Positions 23,342-31,247 of a stretch of 31,372 nucleotides of DNA are shown here, one piece after another. Origin of the DNA: a virus. Taxonomy: Duplodnaviria > Caudoviricetes. The position numbers and the translations under genes are program-made. Location of the stretch: positions 1 to 31,372 of the IMG/VR virus record IMGVR_UViG_3300032318_001419; one strand, 5' to 3'. The notes beneath the pieces were generated by a model. That model had not been told where the DNA came from and ran no database searches. It saw only the letters and a list, made by a program, of their open reading frames with translations. Positions within the stretch are counted from its first letter, which is position 1. The number at the start of each line of letters is the position of its first letter.

Positions 23342-23361
23342 AAAGCCCCGCAAGGGGCTTT
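23342..23361 (+). terminator. GC-rich stem-loop, probable intrinsic terminator closing the tail module
   Basis: AAAGCCCC-GCAA-GGGGCTTT is an 8-bp stem with a GNRA tetraloop. The T tract on + is short; the upstream AAAA gives a T tract on -, so it may be bidirectional. Confidence 0.75.
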
Positions 23362-23387
23362 ACCTTATCCGCCTTTTATAGTATAAT
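23359..23387 (+). promoter_or_regulatory. sigma70-type promoter TTTACC-N17-TATAAT
   Basis: -35-like TTTACC at 23359-23364, a 17-bp spacer and a perfect TATAAT at 23382-23387. ATG 23394 follows after 6 nt with no SD. Confidence 0.65.
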
Positions 23388-23393
23388 ACACAC

Positions 23394-23699
23394 ATGAATA
23401 CTGACAACCTTATAGCCCATGGTCGTAGCCGTTTTGAACATGCGGCCGCACGACGTACCCTTAAAGAAAAATATCAAGCCAAATTGACATTTGCTTATGC
23501 TGGCGGAATGTGGCTAGCTGGACCAGAGTTGTTGGCTACACTAGCTGCTTGCACCGGTCCTGATTCTGTTGTACTTGATTTATACGACACTCCGGTAAAG
23601 GTAGAAACACGTGAATTTCGAGATCAGGTGCGCGACCGCTGGCAAGAGCAAATGACGGCCTGGCTTTTAGAATACGAAGAACTAAACAAAAATAGATGA
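23394..23699 (+). CDS. Hypothetical protein, first gene of the glycosyltransferase operon
   Basis: 101-aa ORF directly after the promoter, overlapping the next start at 23696. Confidence 0.7.
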   Translation: MNTDNLIAHGRSRFEHAAARRTLKEKYQAKLTFAYAGGMWLAGPELLATLAACTGPDSVVLDLYDTPVKVETREFRDQVRDRWQEQMTAWLLEYEELNKNR

Positions 23700-24451
23700 A
23701 GACCGGCGCATTAATATTTGCTCGTAACAACGAACAGATTGACTATGAGGCCATGGCTCGGTGGTCAGCTCGTAATATTGAGCGCCATCTTGGAATACCC
23801 ACACACATTGTAACAGATGATAATACTCCTGCTACTAACTTTAGGAACTTTACAGATGTTGGCATAGTGTCTTGGCATAATCTTAATCGCATGGATGCTT
23901 ATCGATTAACGCCATGGGATCGCACCTTGGTGTTGGATGCTGATTATGTTGTGGCCAGTGATCAATTAAAGTCTTTGTTGGAAGTAGATCAAGATTTTTT
24001 AGCACACCGCTGGGCTTATGATGTCACGGGCTGTGATAATTTTGAAGGGGTGAATTACTTTGGACACAACCATATGCCTATGTGGTGGGCAACTGTGATG
24101 ATGTTCCGCAAGAGTCAGCAAGCAGAATTAATTTTTGACTCAATGCAAATGATACGCGACCATTGGGATCACTATAGAGCGTTGTATAAAAACACAAACA
24201 GAACCTACCGCAATGATCATGCTCTCAGTATTGCCTTGGGCATGGTCAACGGACACACCTTAAAACACCCAGGAATTCCTTGGGCCTTGGCAAGTTTAAC
24301 TCCGGAACATCGATTAACTCAATTAGATCAAGATCGTTACAGAGTAGATTTTGTAAACACAGAAAACAAATCTCGTTGGGTTGAATTAAGACAAGATTTT
24401 CATGCCATGGGAAAACAAGCACTAGGAGAGATTGTTGCCAATCCTTGCTGA
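23696..24451 (+). CDS. GT-A fold glycosyltransferase-like protein
   Basis: TPWDRTLVLDADY carries a DxD motif after a hydrophobic strand, as in GT8/GT71/GT77-like families. Also RNDHALSIA and a C-terminal FHAMGK. Confidence 0.7.
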   Translation: MKTGALIFARNNEQIDYEAMARWSARNIERHLGIPTHIVTDDNTPATNFRNFTDVGIVSWHNLNRMDAYRLTPWDRTLVLDADYVVASDQLKSLLEVDQDFLAHRWAYDVTGCDNFEGVNYFGHNHMPMWWATVMMFRKSQQAELIFDSMQMIRDHWDHYRALYKNTNRTYRNDHALSIALGMVNGHTLKHPGIPWALASLTPEHRLTQLDQDRYRVDFVNTENKSRWVELRQDFHAMGKQALGEIVANPC

Positions 24452-25202
24452 ACGCGGTTATCTTATACCGGCCGTTGATACAGAATCAGTGGACTACTTG
24501 TCATGTGCAATACGCCTGGCCAAGTCTATTCGCCAATGGCATCCCGGCGCCAACATTGCAGTAATTACAGTTAAGCGGTGTGACGATCCGGTGTTTGACC
24601 ACGTAATTCCTTTACCATTCGGTGATCAAGGCGGATTTGCCAACGACTGGCAATGTTTTGCCGCTAGTCCGTACAGGCAAACTATTAAGCTAGAAGCCGA
24701 CATGTTGTGCGCCAGCCCAATAGATCATTGGTGGACTTTATTTGAACGACGTGACGTTGTTGTCAGTCAAGGTGCCAGAACATTTTATGATGAACCTGCT
24801 GAGTCAAGATACTATAGAAAAACATTTGATCAGAACAACTTGCCAGATGTGTACAATGCCGTTACTTATTGGCGTCTAAGTATGGTTGCCCAAGAGTTTT
24901 TTGATTTAGTTAAAAACATATTTGAGCAGTGGAATGAATATAAAACGTTGTTAAAGTTTCCTGATGACGTGCCAACAACTGACGTGGTCTATGCCATTGC
25001 CGCTGTTATTATGGGCCCAGAGAATGTTACATTACCGCCTGGACTAGGCCCAACTATAGTACATATGAAACGCCATATTAATCCTATACAATCCGACAAC
25101 TGGACAAAAGAACTAACATGGGAAAACAATCCATTTAGAATTAATACTGTAGCACAGTGGGGATTAGTCCATTATCATGTCAAGGAGTGGTCAAATGACT
25201 GA
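24435..25202 (+). CDS. GT-A fold glycosyltransferase-like protein, paralog of the preceding gene
   Basis: Motifs SPYRQTIKLEADM (ExD variant), TTDVVYAIA and VHMK. The AGGAG SD at 24424-24428 favours a TTG start at 24435 (the track uses 24432). Confidence 0.68.
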   Translation: MPILAERGYLIPAVDTESVDYLSCAIRLAKSIRQWHPGANIAVITVKRCDDPVFDHVIPLPFGDQGGFANDWQCFAASPYRQTIKLEADMLCASPIDHWWTLFERRDVVVSQGARTFYDEPAESRYYRKTFDQNNLPDVYNAVTYWRLSMVAQEFFDLVKNIFEQWNEYKTLLKFPDDVPTTDVVYAIAAVIMGPENVTLPPGLGPTIVHMKRHINPIQSDNWTKELTWENNPFRINTVAQWGLVHYHVKEWSND

Positions 25203-25536
25203 AGAAGACTTTTGGAAAATACTACAAGACATACCAGAGCCCAAACAATTATTTTATAGATTGTATTATAACGACGACAGTACTCCGATTATCTACAGCA
25301 TGGAAGACTTGCCAGGTAATTACATAGAAGTTGATCAAGAGACCTATGTGTTGGCTTCGTTTAATGTTAGAGTAATCGACAACAAACTCATTCGGATTAA
25401 TCCAGTGATTACTGTTAAAAAATTACAACCTACAGACTCAACTGGCACTGCATGCGACCCTTGCGATGTGTGCGTGGTGGTCGGTTTAAATCAACCACAT
25501 ACAAAATGGAATATAGTAAACAATGAACTCGATTGA
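25195..25536 (+). CDS. Hypothetical protein
   Basis: The AAGGAG SD at 25182-25187 favours ATG 25195 (MTEEDFW...). It overlaps both neighbours. Confidence 0.65.
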   Translation: MTEEDFWKILQDIPEPKQLFYRLYYNDDSTPIIYSMEDLPGNYIEVDQETYVLASFNVRVIDNKLIRINPVITVKKLQPTDSTGTACDPCDVCVVVGLNQPHTKWNIVNNELD

Positions 25537-26449
25537 TATAGCAGATTTAGACTGTGTATTTTTGACTTACGACGAACCCAATAAGGAAGAAAACTGGGTC
25601 AAGATTAAAAACATGGTGCCGTGGGCCATTCGCGTCGACGGAGTTAAAGGTAGTGATGCCGCCCACAAGGCAGCTGCCGATGCTAGTACTACAGATCGGT
25701 TTGTACTAATTGATGGCGATAACATTCCCGACGCTAAGTTTTTTAACTTAACACTTGATATAAATGATGCCGATGCTGTTTGTGTTTATCGTTGGCGTGC
25801 CAGAAACCATATCAATGGATTGATGTACGGCAATGGAGGACTAAGTGTATGGTCCAAGGAATTCATATATGCAATGCGTACACACGAAGCAAGTGATGGC
25901 ACAGTAGAAAACGATGTAGAGTTTTGCTTTTATCCCAACTATCATGCTATGCACGACTGCTACAGTACCACGTACCCCAATGGATCAGCGTTCCAGGCAT
26001 GGCGTGCCGGATTCCGCGAAGGTGTTAAGATGTGTTTGAATAAAGGAGCCCGGCCAACCTTACAAGAATTTAAACAACGTGTACACCAACGTAATTTAGA
26101 TCATTTAACTGTTTGGCACAACGTGGGTCGAGATGTAGATAATGGTATCTGGGCTATAGCCGGAAGTCGCATGGGAACATACATGACTATGATTACTCCT
26201 CAATGGGACTATCGTACAGTACAAGACTTTTCAGAATTAGAAAGATTATGGGACACAGTAAAGGATTCTAACCCAGAAATACTAGCTGGTCGCGTTGCCG
26301 AAGACTTAGCTACACAATTAGATTTGCCAATGGTTACAATGTTAGGCCCAGAGAGTAAATTTTTTAAACAACACTACAGAAGCAATTGGCACAATCAAGG
26401 TGTTATGATCAAAGAAATTGATGTTATAAGACAGCAAGAAGGCTGGTAG
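25523..26449 (+). CDS. GT-A (GT2-like) glycosyltransferase-like protein
   Basis: N-terminal strand CVFLTYDEP, then GVKGSDAAHKAAA and RFVLIDGDN (DxD), then YGNGG and QAWRAGFREGVKM. Confidence 0.68.
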   Translation: MNSIDIADLDCVFLTYDEPNKEENWVKIKNMVPWAIRVDGVKGSDAAHKAAADASTTDRFVLIDGDNIPDAKFFNLTLDINDADAVCVYRWRARNHINGLMYGNGGLSVWSKEFIYAMRTHEASDGTVENDVEFCFYPNYHAMHDCYSTTYPNGSAFQAWRAGFREGVKMCLNKGARPTLQEFKQRVHQRNLDHLTVWHNVGRDVDNGIWAIAGSRMGTYMTMITPQWDYRTVQDFSELERLWDTVKDSNPEILAGRVAEDLATQLDLPMVTMLGPESKFFKQHYRSNWHNQGVMIKEIDVIRQQEGW

Positions 26450-27131
26450 ATATTTGTTGTGCTAACCGTTGATTGGTTTCGACTCCGTAATGAAATCCGT
26501 CTCGAGCCAGATCAACCACATCCACCGGTGTAACAACGTGTTCTGATAATGCCACGTAGTCCACTGGCAGTTCATGCCAATTTGGAATAAAACTGTGGAT
26601 TACTGGAACATTCAATGCTGAAATAGTGCGGAAGTTTTTTTGCCAATTTTTAAAATTATCATCTGCATTGTATAATGGTTCACATTCGGTTCGCTCGTCA
26701 TCATACCAGTTGACCTCAGGGCGTTCTCTACGATGGCTAAATGTGTAGTGAACTACTACCGCCAATGGATCAAAAAATTCCAGTAAGGCCTGAGTTTTTC
26801 TTGCAATCCAGTCGTTGCTGGCACCGTTTAGACTAAAATTTAAAACAGGTAAATCGAGTTGACGACCTAACACACTGGGCCAAGTTTGTTCAACATTTAC
26901 ACCAAGCCCTAGAGTAAAACTGTCACCAACTGCTAGAATGGGTCTTTTAGTCAAAGTAGACAAGTCAAATCTAAATCCTAATTCGTTAAACGAGTAACTG
27001 ACATCTGGATAGGATTTGTAGTGCGTCTTATCAAAGCAATGCTCGGCACTGTCCAGACCTAGAGCTTTACAGGTCATATTAGAGTAGTAGGGTATTCCGA
27101 TAGTTTGTTTAAGAGCACTAATCTGGCACAT
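26424..27131 (-). CDS. SGNH/GDSL-family hydrolase-like protein
   Basis: Block I LAVGDSFTLGLG, block II NFSLNGASN and C-terminal ARDGFHYG (DxxH). The start is taken at ATG 27131 but is uncertain (the track uses 27143). Confidence 0.72.
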   Translation of the reverse strand: MCQISALKQTIGIPYYSNMTCKALGLDSAEHCFDKTHYKSYPDVSYSFNELGFRFDLSTLTKRPILAVGDSFTLGLGVNVEQTWPSVLGRQLDLPVLNFSLNGASNDWIARKTQALLEFFDPLAVVVHYTFSHRRERPEVNWYDDERTECEPLYNADDNFKNWQKNFRTISALNVPVIHSFIPNWHELPVDYVALSEHVVTPVDVVDLARDGFHYGVETNQRLAQQISTSLLAVL

Positions 27132-27136
27132 AAATA
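27131..27136 (+). promoter_or_regulatory. Putative late promoter core TAAATA
   Basis: caTAAATAttgacaATG, 6 nt before ATG 27143, with no SD. Confidence 0.55.
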
Positions 27137-27142
27137 TTGACA

Positions 27143-28225
27143 ATGAACATTCTGATACTTACCCCAGACCGAGTTGGGTCAACATTATTGCAAAGATTGG
27201 TTACTGTTTATGCTAACATAAACGAAAACCACAATCCATTAACTGTTAATCTACATGAACTGACCAACGGAATAGCATCATACCACAATGAAACTTTTAA
27301 TAGAACAGTGTTGGGTAAAAAAGAAGGTCATTGGGGGTATCATCAAAGTTTAGAAACTGTGGTTAATCTTTTAAAAACTTGTGGGCACGATGTTACCTCC
27401 AGACTAGCACACTACCATATCAAAAATAGAAAAGACAGCTTGGCACATCAACTTGATTTTTACAAGTATCTCAATGAAAATTTTTACATAATTGCAGCCA
27501 AAAGAAAAAATCTGTTTGAGCATGTGATGAGCTGGTGTATCAGCGTAGAATCTAAAAAATTAAATGTATACTCTAGTGAAGAAAAATTCAACACATTTAA
27601 ACACATGCAAGAACACGGCATCACTGTGCAGGCCGAAAACATAGAAAAATATCTTAATCAATATCAAGAATATCTAACCTGGATTGATAATCATTTTCAA
27701 GTCAACAGTTATTTTGAATATGATAGAGACCTGCCCAATATTGAAGATTTTATTCTTAATCTTAATATTTTCAATTCAACAACTCGCCCACTTACCTGGC
27801 AAGATCGATTTGATATCAGTTGGAACGACTGGAACCGCATGCACTATCTATTGAGTCTTGTTCCGTTTGACAATGTATTATCAGCTGAAGAAAATGACTT
27901 TATTGCTCAACATATCGAAACTTATTCTCGGTCGCGAATTGAATTGCAAGATTTACAGGATCAAGGAGTGTTAGTAAGTGGTATCCCAATCAAATTACAC
28001 ACACTGACCGAAAAAGCCAAACTTATTCGCAACATTGATCAGTGCCTGGAATACTACAACAATTGGATTGGGGTTAAACAGCCCACCTTTGCTGTTCAAT
28101 ACAATCCAGATACTCTAAACAACATAGCACAATTAGAGTATAGCAAATGGAATTCGATTGATCGAAATTTGGCTATCACGGTCCCGTCCAAATTAATACT
28201 TCAAGCTGATTTAAAATTTTCTTGA
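27143..28225 (+). CDS. Sulfotransferase-like (P-loop fold) protein
   Basis: MNILILTPDRVGSTLLQRL resembles the 5'-PSB loop (RxGST), and AKRKNLFEHVMSWCIS resembles the 3'-PB motif (R-x-N/D...S) of Stf0-type sulfotransferases. Start taken at ATG 27143 (the track uses TTG 27137). Confidence 0.6.
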   Translation: MNILILTPDRVGSTLLQRLVTVYANINENHNPLTVNLHELTNGIASYHNETFNRTVLGKKEGHWGYHQSLETVVNLLKTCGHDVTSRLAHYHIKNRKDSLAHQLDFYKYLNENFYIIAAKRKNLFEHVMSWCISVESKKLNVYSSEEKFNTFKHMQEHGITVQAENIEKYLNQYQEYLTWIDNHFQVNSYFEYDRDLPNIEDFILNLNIFNSTTRPLTWQDRFDISWNDWNRMHYLLSLVPFDNVLSAEENDFIAQHIETYSRSRIELQDLQDQGVLVSGIPIKLHTLTEKAKLIRNIDQCLEYYNNWIGVKQPTFAVQYNPDTLNNIAQLEYSKWNSIDRNLAITVPSKLILQADLKFS

Positions 28226-28250
28226 TTTATAACTAGTTTTAGTGTATAAT
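28222..28250 (+). promoter_or_regulatory. sigma70-type promoter TTGATT-N17-TATAAT
   Basis: TTGATT at 28222-28227, a 17-bp spacer and TATAAT at 28245-28250. ATG 28256 follows after 5 nt with no SD. Confidence 0.7.
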
Positions 28251-28255
28251 TTATT

Positions 28256-30193
28256 ATGATTATAGCCTTCTATCCCGGTGCCGGTGGCAATCGGTATTAT
28301 CAATATCTTATGGGTCGCCGAGACTTCGAAACGCAGACCACTTATGACCATCTGCTCAAAACACAGGCATTTGAATATCGTTATCTGTCTGCAGATTCTA
28401 AACTGCCGGATCAAGAACTTATACTAACTCATTGTGTTGATGTACCATTGTTGCGCCAGCTGTTTCCTAACCAAACAGAAATTATTGTATTACAAGCCAA
28501 TCTAGACTTGTCGTTAAAAAGAGAATGGTTCCTAGAGGATCAGCACCGAGACAAAGACATGCCGGACAAGTTGGAACATGCACAAGCACATGTGGCACAC
28601 CATCGCAGATACTACAAAGAGTACCCAATGAATACCACAGGCGCAACCGCAGTAATTGACATTGACACAGATGACACTGAGTTTGCTAGAATCATGCGCA
28701 CAGAACTGGCCAGCATTGTGTCGGTTGAATATGATCAAGCAGTTAAAGAATATGTAGAACATGATTTGTCAAATGTAGCAGGGGATAAAATCGTAGAAGG
28801 TTTCAAGAGCAAGTTCCTAAACGATGCCGAAACAATGAAACAGCGACTGGACAAAATAAGTCCCAGCATGTGTTTGGCCAAATGGAAACAGGTCAGCCTG
28901 CACTTGGCCACAGGACTCAACAACAGTTGTTATCACCCACCCTTGCACGAAATACAAATAAAAGATATACAGCGTAGTCCTAGTGGCTTGCACAACACAG
29001 CACACAAAAAAGAACAACGCAAGTTGATGCTGAACGGAGAGCGACCCAGCGAATGCGGCTACTGTTGGGCCATGGAAGACAACGGCAAGTTGTCTGATCG
29101 GCACTACCGCAGTGGCGAATCATGGGCGGCCAAAGATTTTGGAAAAATTGTAAGTTCGGAGTGGGACGATGATATTATACCTAGTTATGTTGAAGTTAAT
29201 TTTAATCATGCTTGTAATTTGGCATGTAGCTACTGTAGCCCTCAATTTAGTTCAACTTGGCAACAAGAAATGGATCAGCATGGCGCTTACCCTACTAGCA
29301 CTAGACACAACGATCCTAGTCATTTTGTTGGCCGCAATCGTCCTATACCAGTAAGAGAACACAATCCCTATGTAGAGGCCTTTTGGGATTGGTGGCCTAC
29401 ACTGTATCCAGAACTAGAACACTTTCGCATGACCGGTGGTGAACCGTTATTAGATAAAAATACCTATCGTGTGTTTGACTATGTGTTGGCCAACCCCAAA
29501 CCCGATCTACACTTGAACGTAACTAGTAACTTTAGCGTGGATGAAAAGTCGTGGCAGAAGTACAAAGGCTATGTTAAAGAGTTATGCGAAGGCGAAAAAA
29601 TTGAACACTTTATGCAGTTTATTAGTTTAGACAGCTTCGGGCCACAAGCAGAATATATTAGACACGGTTTAGATTTTGACCTACTGTGGGATCGTGTGAA
29701 TCAATTTTTAACAGAAATACCTGGCCGTAACAGTGTAACATTCATTGTGACCATGAACAATCTTAGTGTAACCGGCTTACCTAACCTGTTTGCCGGTATA
29801 CTGGGACTGCGTAAAATATACTCAAAGACCTATCAGCGTGTATGGTTTGACACACCTGTGTTACGTCAACCCACCTGGCAAAGCCTACAGATTCTGCCAG
29901 AGTCGTATGTGGAACAACTGGAACACCTGTGGGCCTGGATGATACGTCAAATTGAAACTGAAGGCACTAGATTTCAAGGATTTAAAGATTATGAAATTGC
30001 TAGACTAGATAGAGACATTGCGTGGATGCGGGATGGACAACAACTGCCTAAAGAATATGTCGATAGGAACAAAGCAGACTTCTATAGATTCTTCAGTGAG
30101 CATGACCGCCGGCGTGGCACAGACTTCCTACAAACTTTTCCAGAAATGACCACCTGGTGGAAGGAGTGTGAGTACCATGCTCGGCAATCGTAA
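28256..30193 (+). CDS. Radical SAM protein with an N-terminal twitch-like Fe-S domain and an extra ~170-aa N-terminal domain
   Basis: CNLACSYC (CxxxCxxC, 29213-29236), MTGGEPLL, VTSN and ISLDSFG. The Cys pattern CLAKW...SCYH...CGYCW lies upstream of the rSAM core. Confidence 0.88.
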   Translation: MIIAFYPGAGGNRYYQYLMGRRDFETQTTYDHLLKTQAFEYRYLSADSKLPDQELILTHCVDVPLLRQLFPNQTEIIVLQANLDLSLKREWFLEDQHRDKDMPDKLEHAQAHVAHHRRYYKEYPMNTTGATAVIDIDTDDTEFARIMRTELASIVSVEYDQAVKEYVEHDLSNVAGDKIVEGFKSKFLNDAETMKQRLDKISPSMCLAKWKQVSLHLATGLNNSCYHPPLHEIQIKDIQRSPSGLHNTAHKKEQRKLMLNGERPSECGYCWAMEDNGKLSDRHYRSGESWAAKDFGKIVSSEWDDDIIPSYVEVNFNHACNLACSYCSPQFSSTWQQEMDQHGAYPTSTRHNDPSHFVGRNRPIPVREHNPYVEAFWDWWPTLYPELEHFRMTGGEPLLDKNTYRVFDYVLANPKPDLHLNVTSNFSVDEKSWQKYKGYVKELCEGEKIEHFMQFISLDSFGPQAEYIRHGLDFDLLWDRVNQFLTEIPGRNSVTFIVTMNNLSVTGLPNLFAGILGLRKIYSKTYQRVWFDTPVLRQPTWQSLQILPESYVEQLEHLWAWMIRQIETEGTRFQGFKDYEIARLDRDIAWMRDGQQLPKEYVDRNKADFYRFFSEHDRRRGTDFLQTFPEMTTWWKECEYHARQS

Positions 30194-31247
30194 GCTTCTA
30201 GTAGATGCATTTTGCGAAGTGCGCGAGTTTACTAAAGAATTTCAAGACGCAGAGTTTTATGATCTTGCCCAAGAAGATCCTGTGCCAGGTGCAGTATATC
30301 TTATTAGTAGACAACAGTTTACGGTTAATATCGAACGAATAAAAGAGTTAGCAACTGCTGGTACAATACTTCCTATATTGGGCAACCCAGCAGAAGGATC
30401 TGAAACTATGTTCAGGCAAATTGAAGGGCTAGGTATTGTAGATCTTGTACGTCAGGGCAAAATACTTTTAGTAGTAGGCGGCGACATGCAAGAGGATATT
30501 CCGGCACTATACCACGAAAATTTTTTGCCCAAGATCCTGGACTATGACGAAAATTTACAAGCTATTCAAACGTACCAAACTCAATATAGTACAGTTCGCC
30601 CTTACAAGTTCTTATTCTTAAACGGGCGAGCTAGACAACATCGTAGACAGTTATTAAAAGATCTAGCGCCGTTATTGGATTCGGCCATATGGTCTAACCT
30701 TGACAATACTCACGGCAACCCAATAAAGTTATTAGATCCCGAATATGAATTTGATTTTTATCAACACAATACAGAATTAAATCAGTCTGGATTTGTCAAG
30801 TACGCACTGTTCAACAACGATTGGGGCGAAATATATCTTAACCCTAGACCATATCTTGACACTTACTTTAGCCTAGTAACTGAAACGGTATTTGATTACC
30901 CGTACAGTTTTAGAACAGAAAAGATATGGAAGCCCGTAGCAATCGGACACCCATGGATAGCTGTAGCCAACCGAGGCTACTATCGTGATATACACAAGTT
31001 AGGATTTCAAACTTTTGGTCACGTGATAGATGAATCGTTTGATCAAATTGACAATAATCAAGAACGCCTGGCCCGCATAGTGACTGTGGTCAATGATCTT
31101 TGCCAACAAGATTTACCAAGTTTTATAACAGCCGCACAAGATGTATGTAAATACAACCAACAACGCTTGGCAGAACTTCGTCTGCAAGTTCGTAAAGAGT
31201 TCCCACAACAGTTTGCCCAATATATCAATGAACGATCTAGAGTTTAA
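30177..31247 (+). CDS. GT-B-like glycosyltransferase-related protein (GT10/exostosin-like C-terminal motif)
   Basis: KFLFLNGRARQHR...YFSLVTET...FRTEKIWKP...HPWI...LGFQTF...IDESFD. F.LV.E...TEK..K resembles the GT10 donor-binding motif. The AAGGAG SD at 30161-30166 favours ATG 30177. Confidence 0.55.
   Translation: MLGNRKLLVDAFCEVREFTKEFQDAEFYDLAQEDPVPGAVYLISRQQFTVNIERIKELATAGTILPILGNPAEGSETMFRQIEGLGIVDLVRQGKILLVVGGDMQEDIPALYHENFLPKILDYDENLQAIQTYQTQYSTVRPYKFLFLNGRARQHRRQLLKDLAPLLDSAIWSNLDNTHGNPIKLLDPEYEFDFYQHNTELNQSGFVKYALFNNDWGEIYLNPRPYLDTYFSLVTETVFDYPYSFRTEKIWKPVAIGHPWIAVANRGYYRDIHKLGFQTFGHVIDESFDQIDNNQERLARIVTVVNDLCQQDLPSFITAAQDVCKYNQQRLAELRLQVRKEFPQQFAQYINERSRV

Noticed and set aside
23394-23699. 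101-aa ORF as a tail-fibre assembly chaperone
   Set aside because: The resemblance is only positional and vague, and the gene is separated from the tail genes by a terminator and coupled to the GT genes. Left as hypothetical.
25450-25475. CDPCDVC in the small ORF as an Fe-S/ferredoxin motif
   Set aside because: There are only three Cys (CxxCxxC) with no fourth ligand or ferredoxin context. It cannot be supported without an alignment.
27138-27143. TTGACA at 27137-27142 as a -35 element
   Set aside because: There is no credible -10 hexamer 16-18 bp downstream, and it lies at the gene start.
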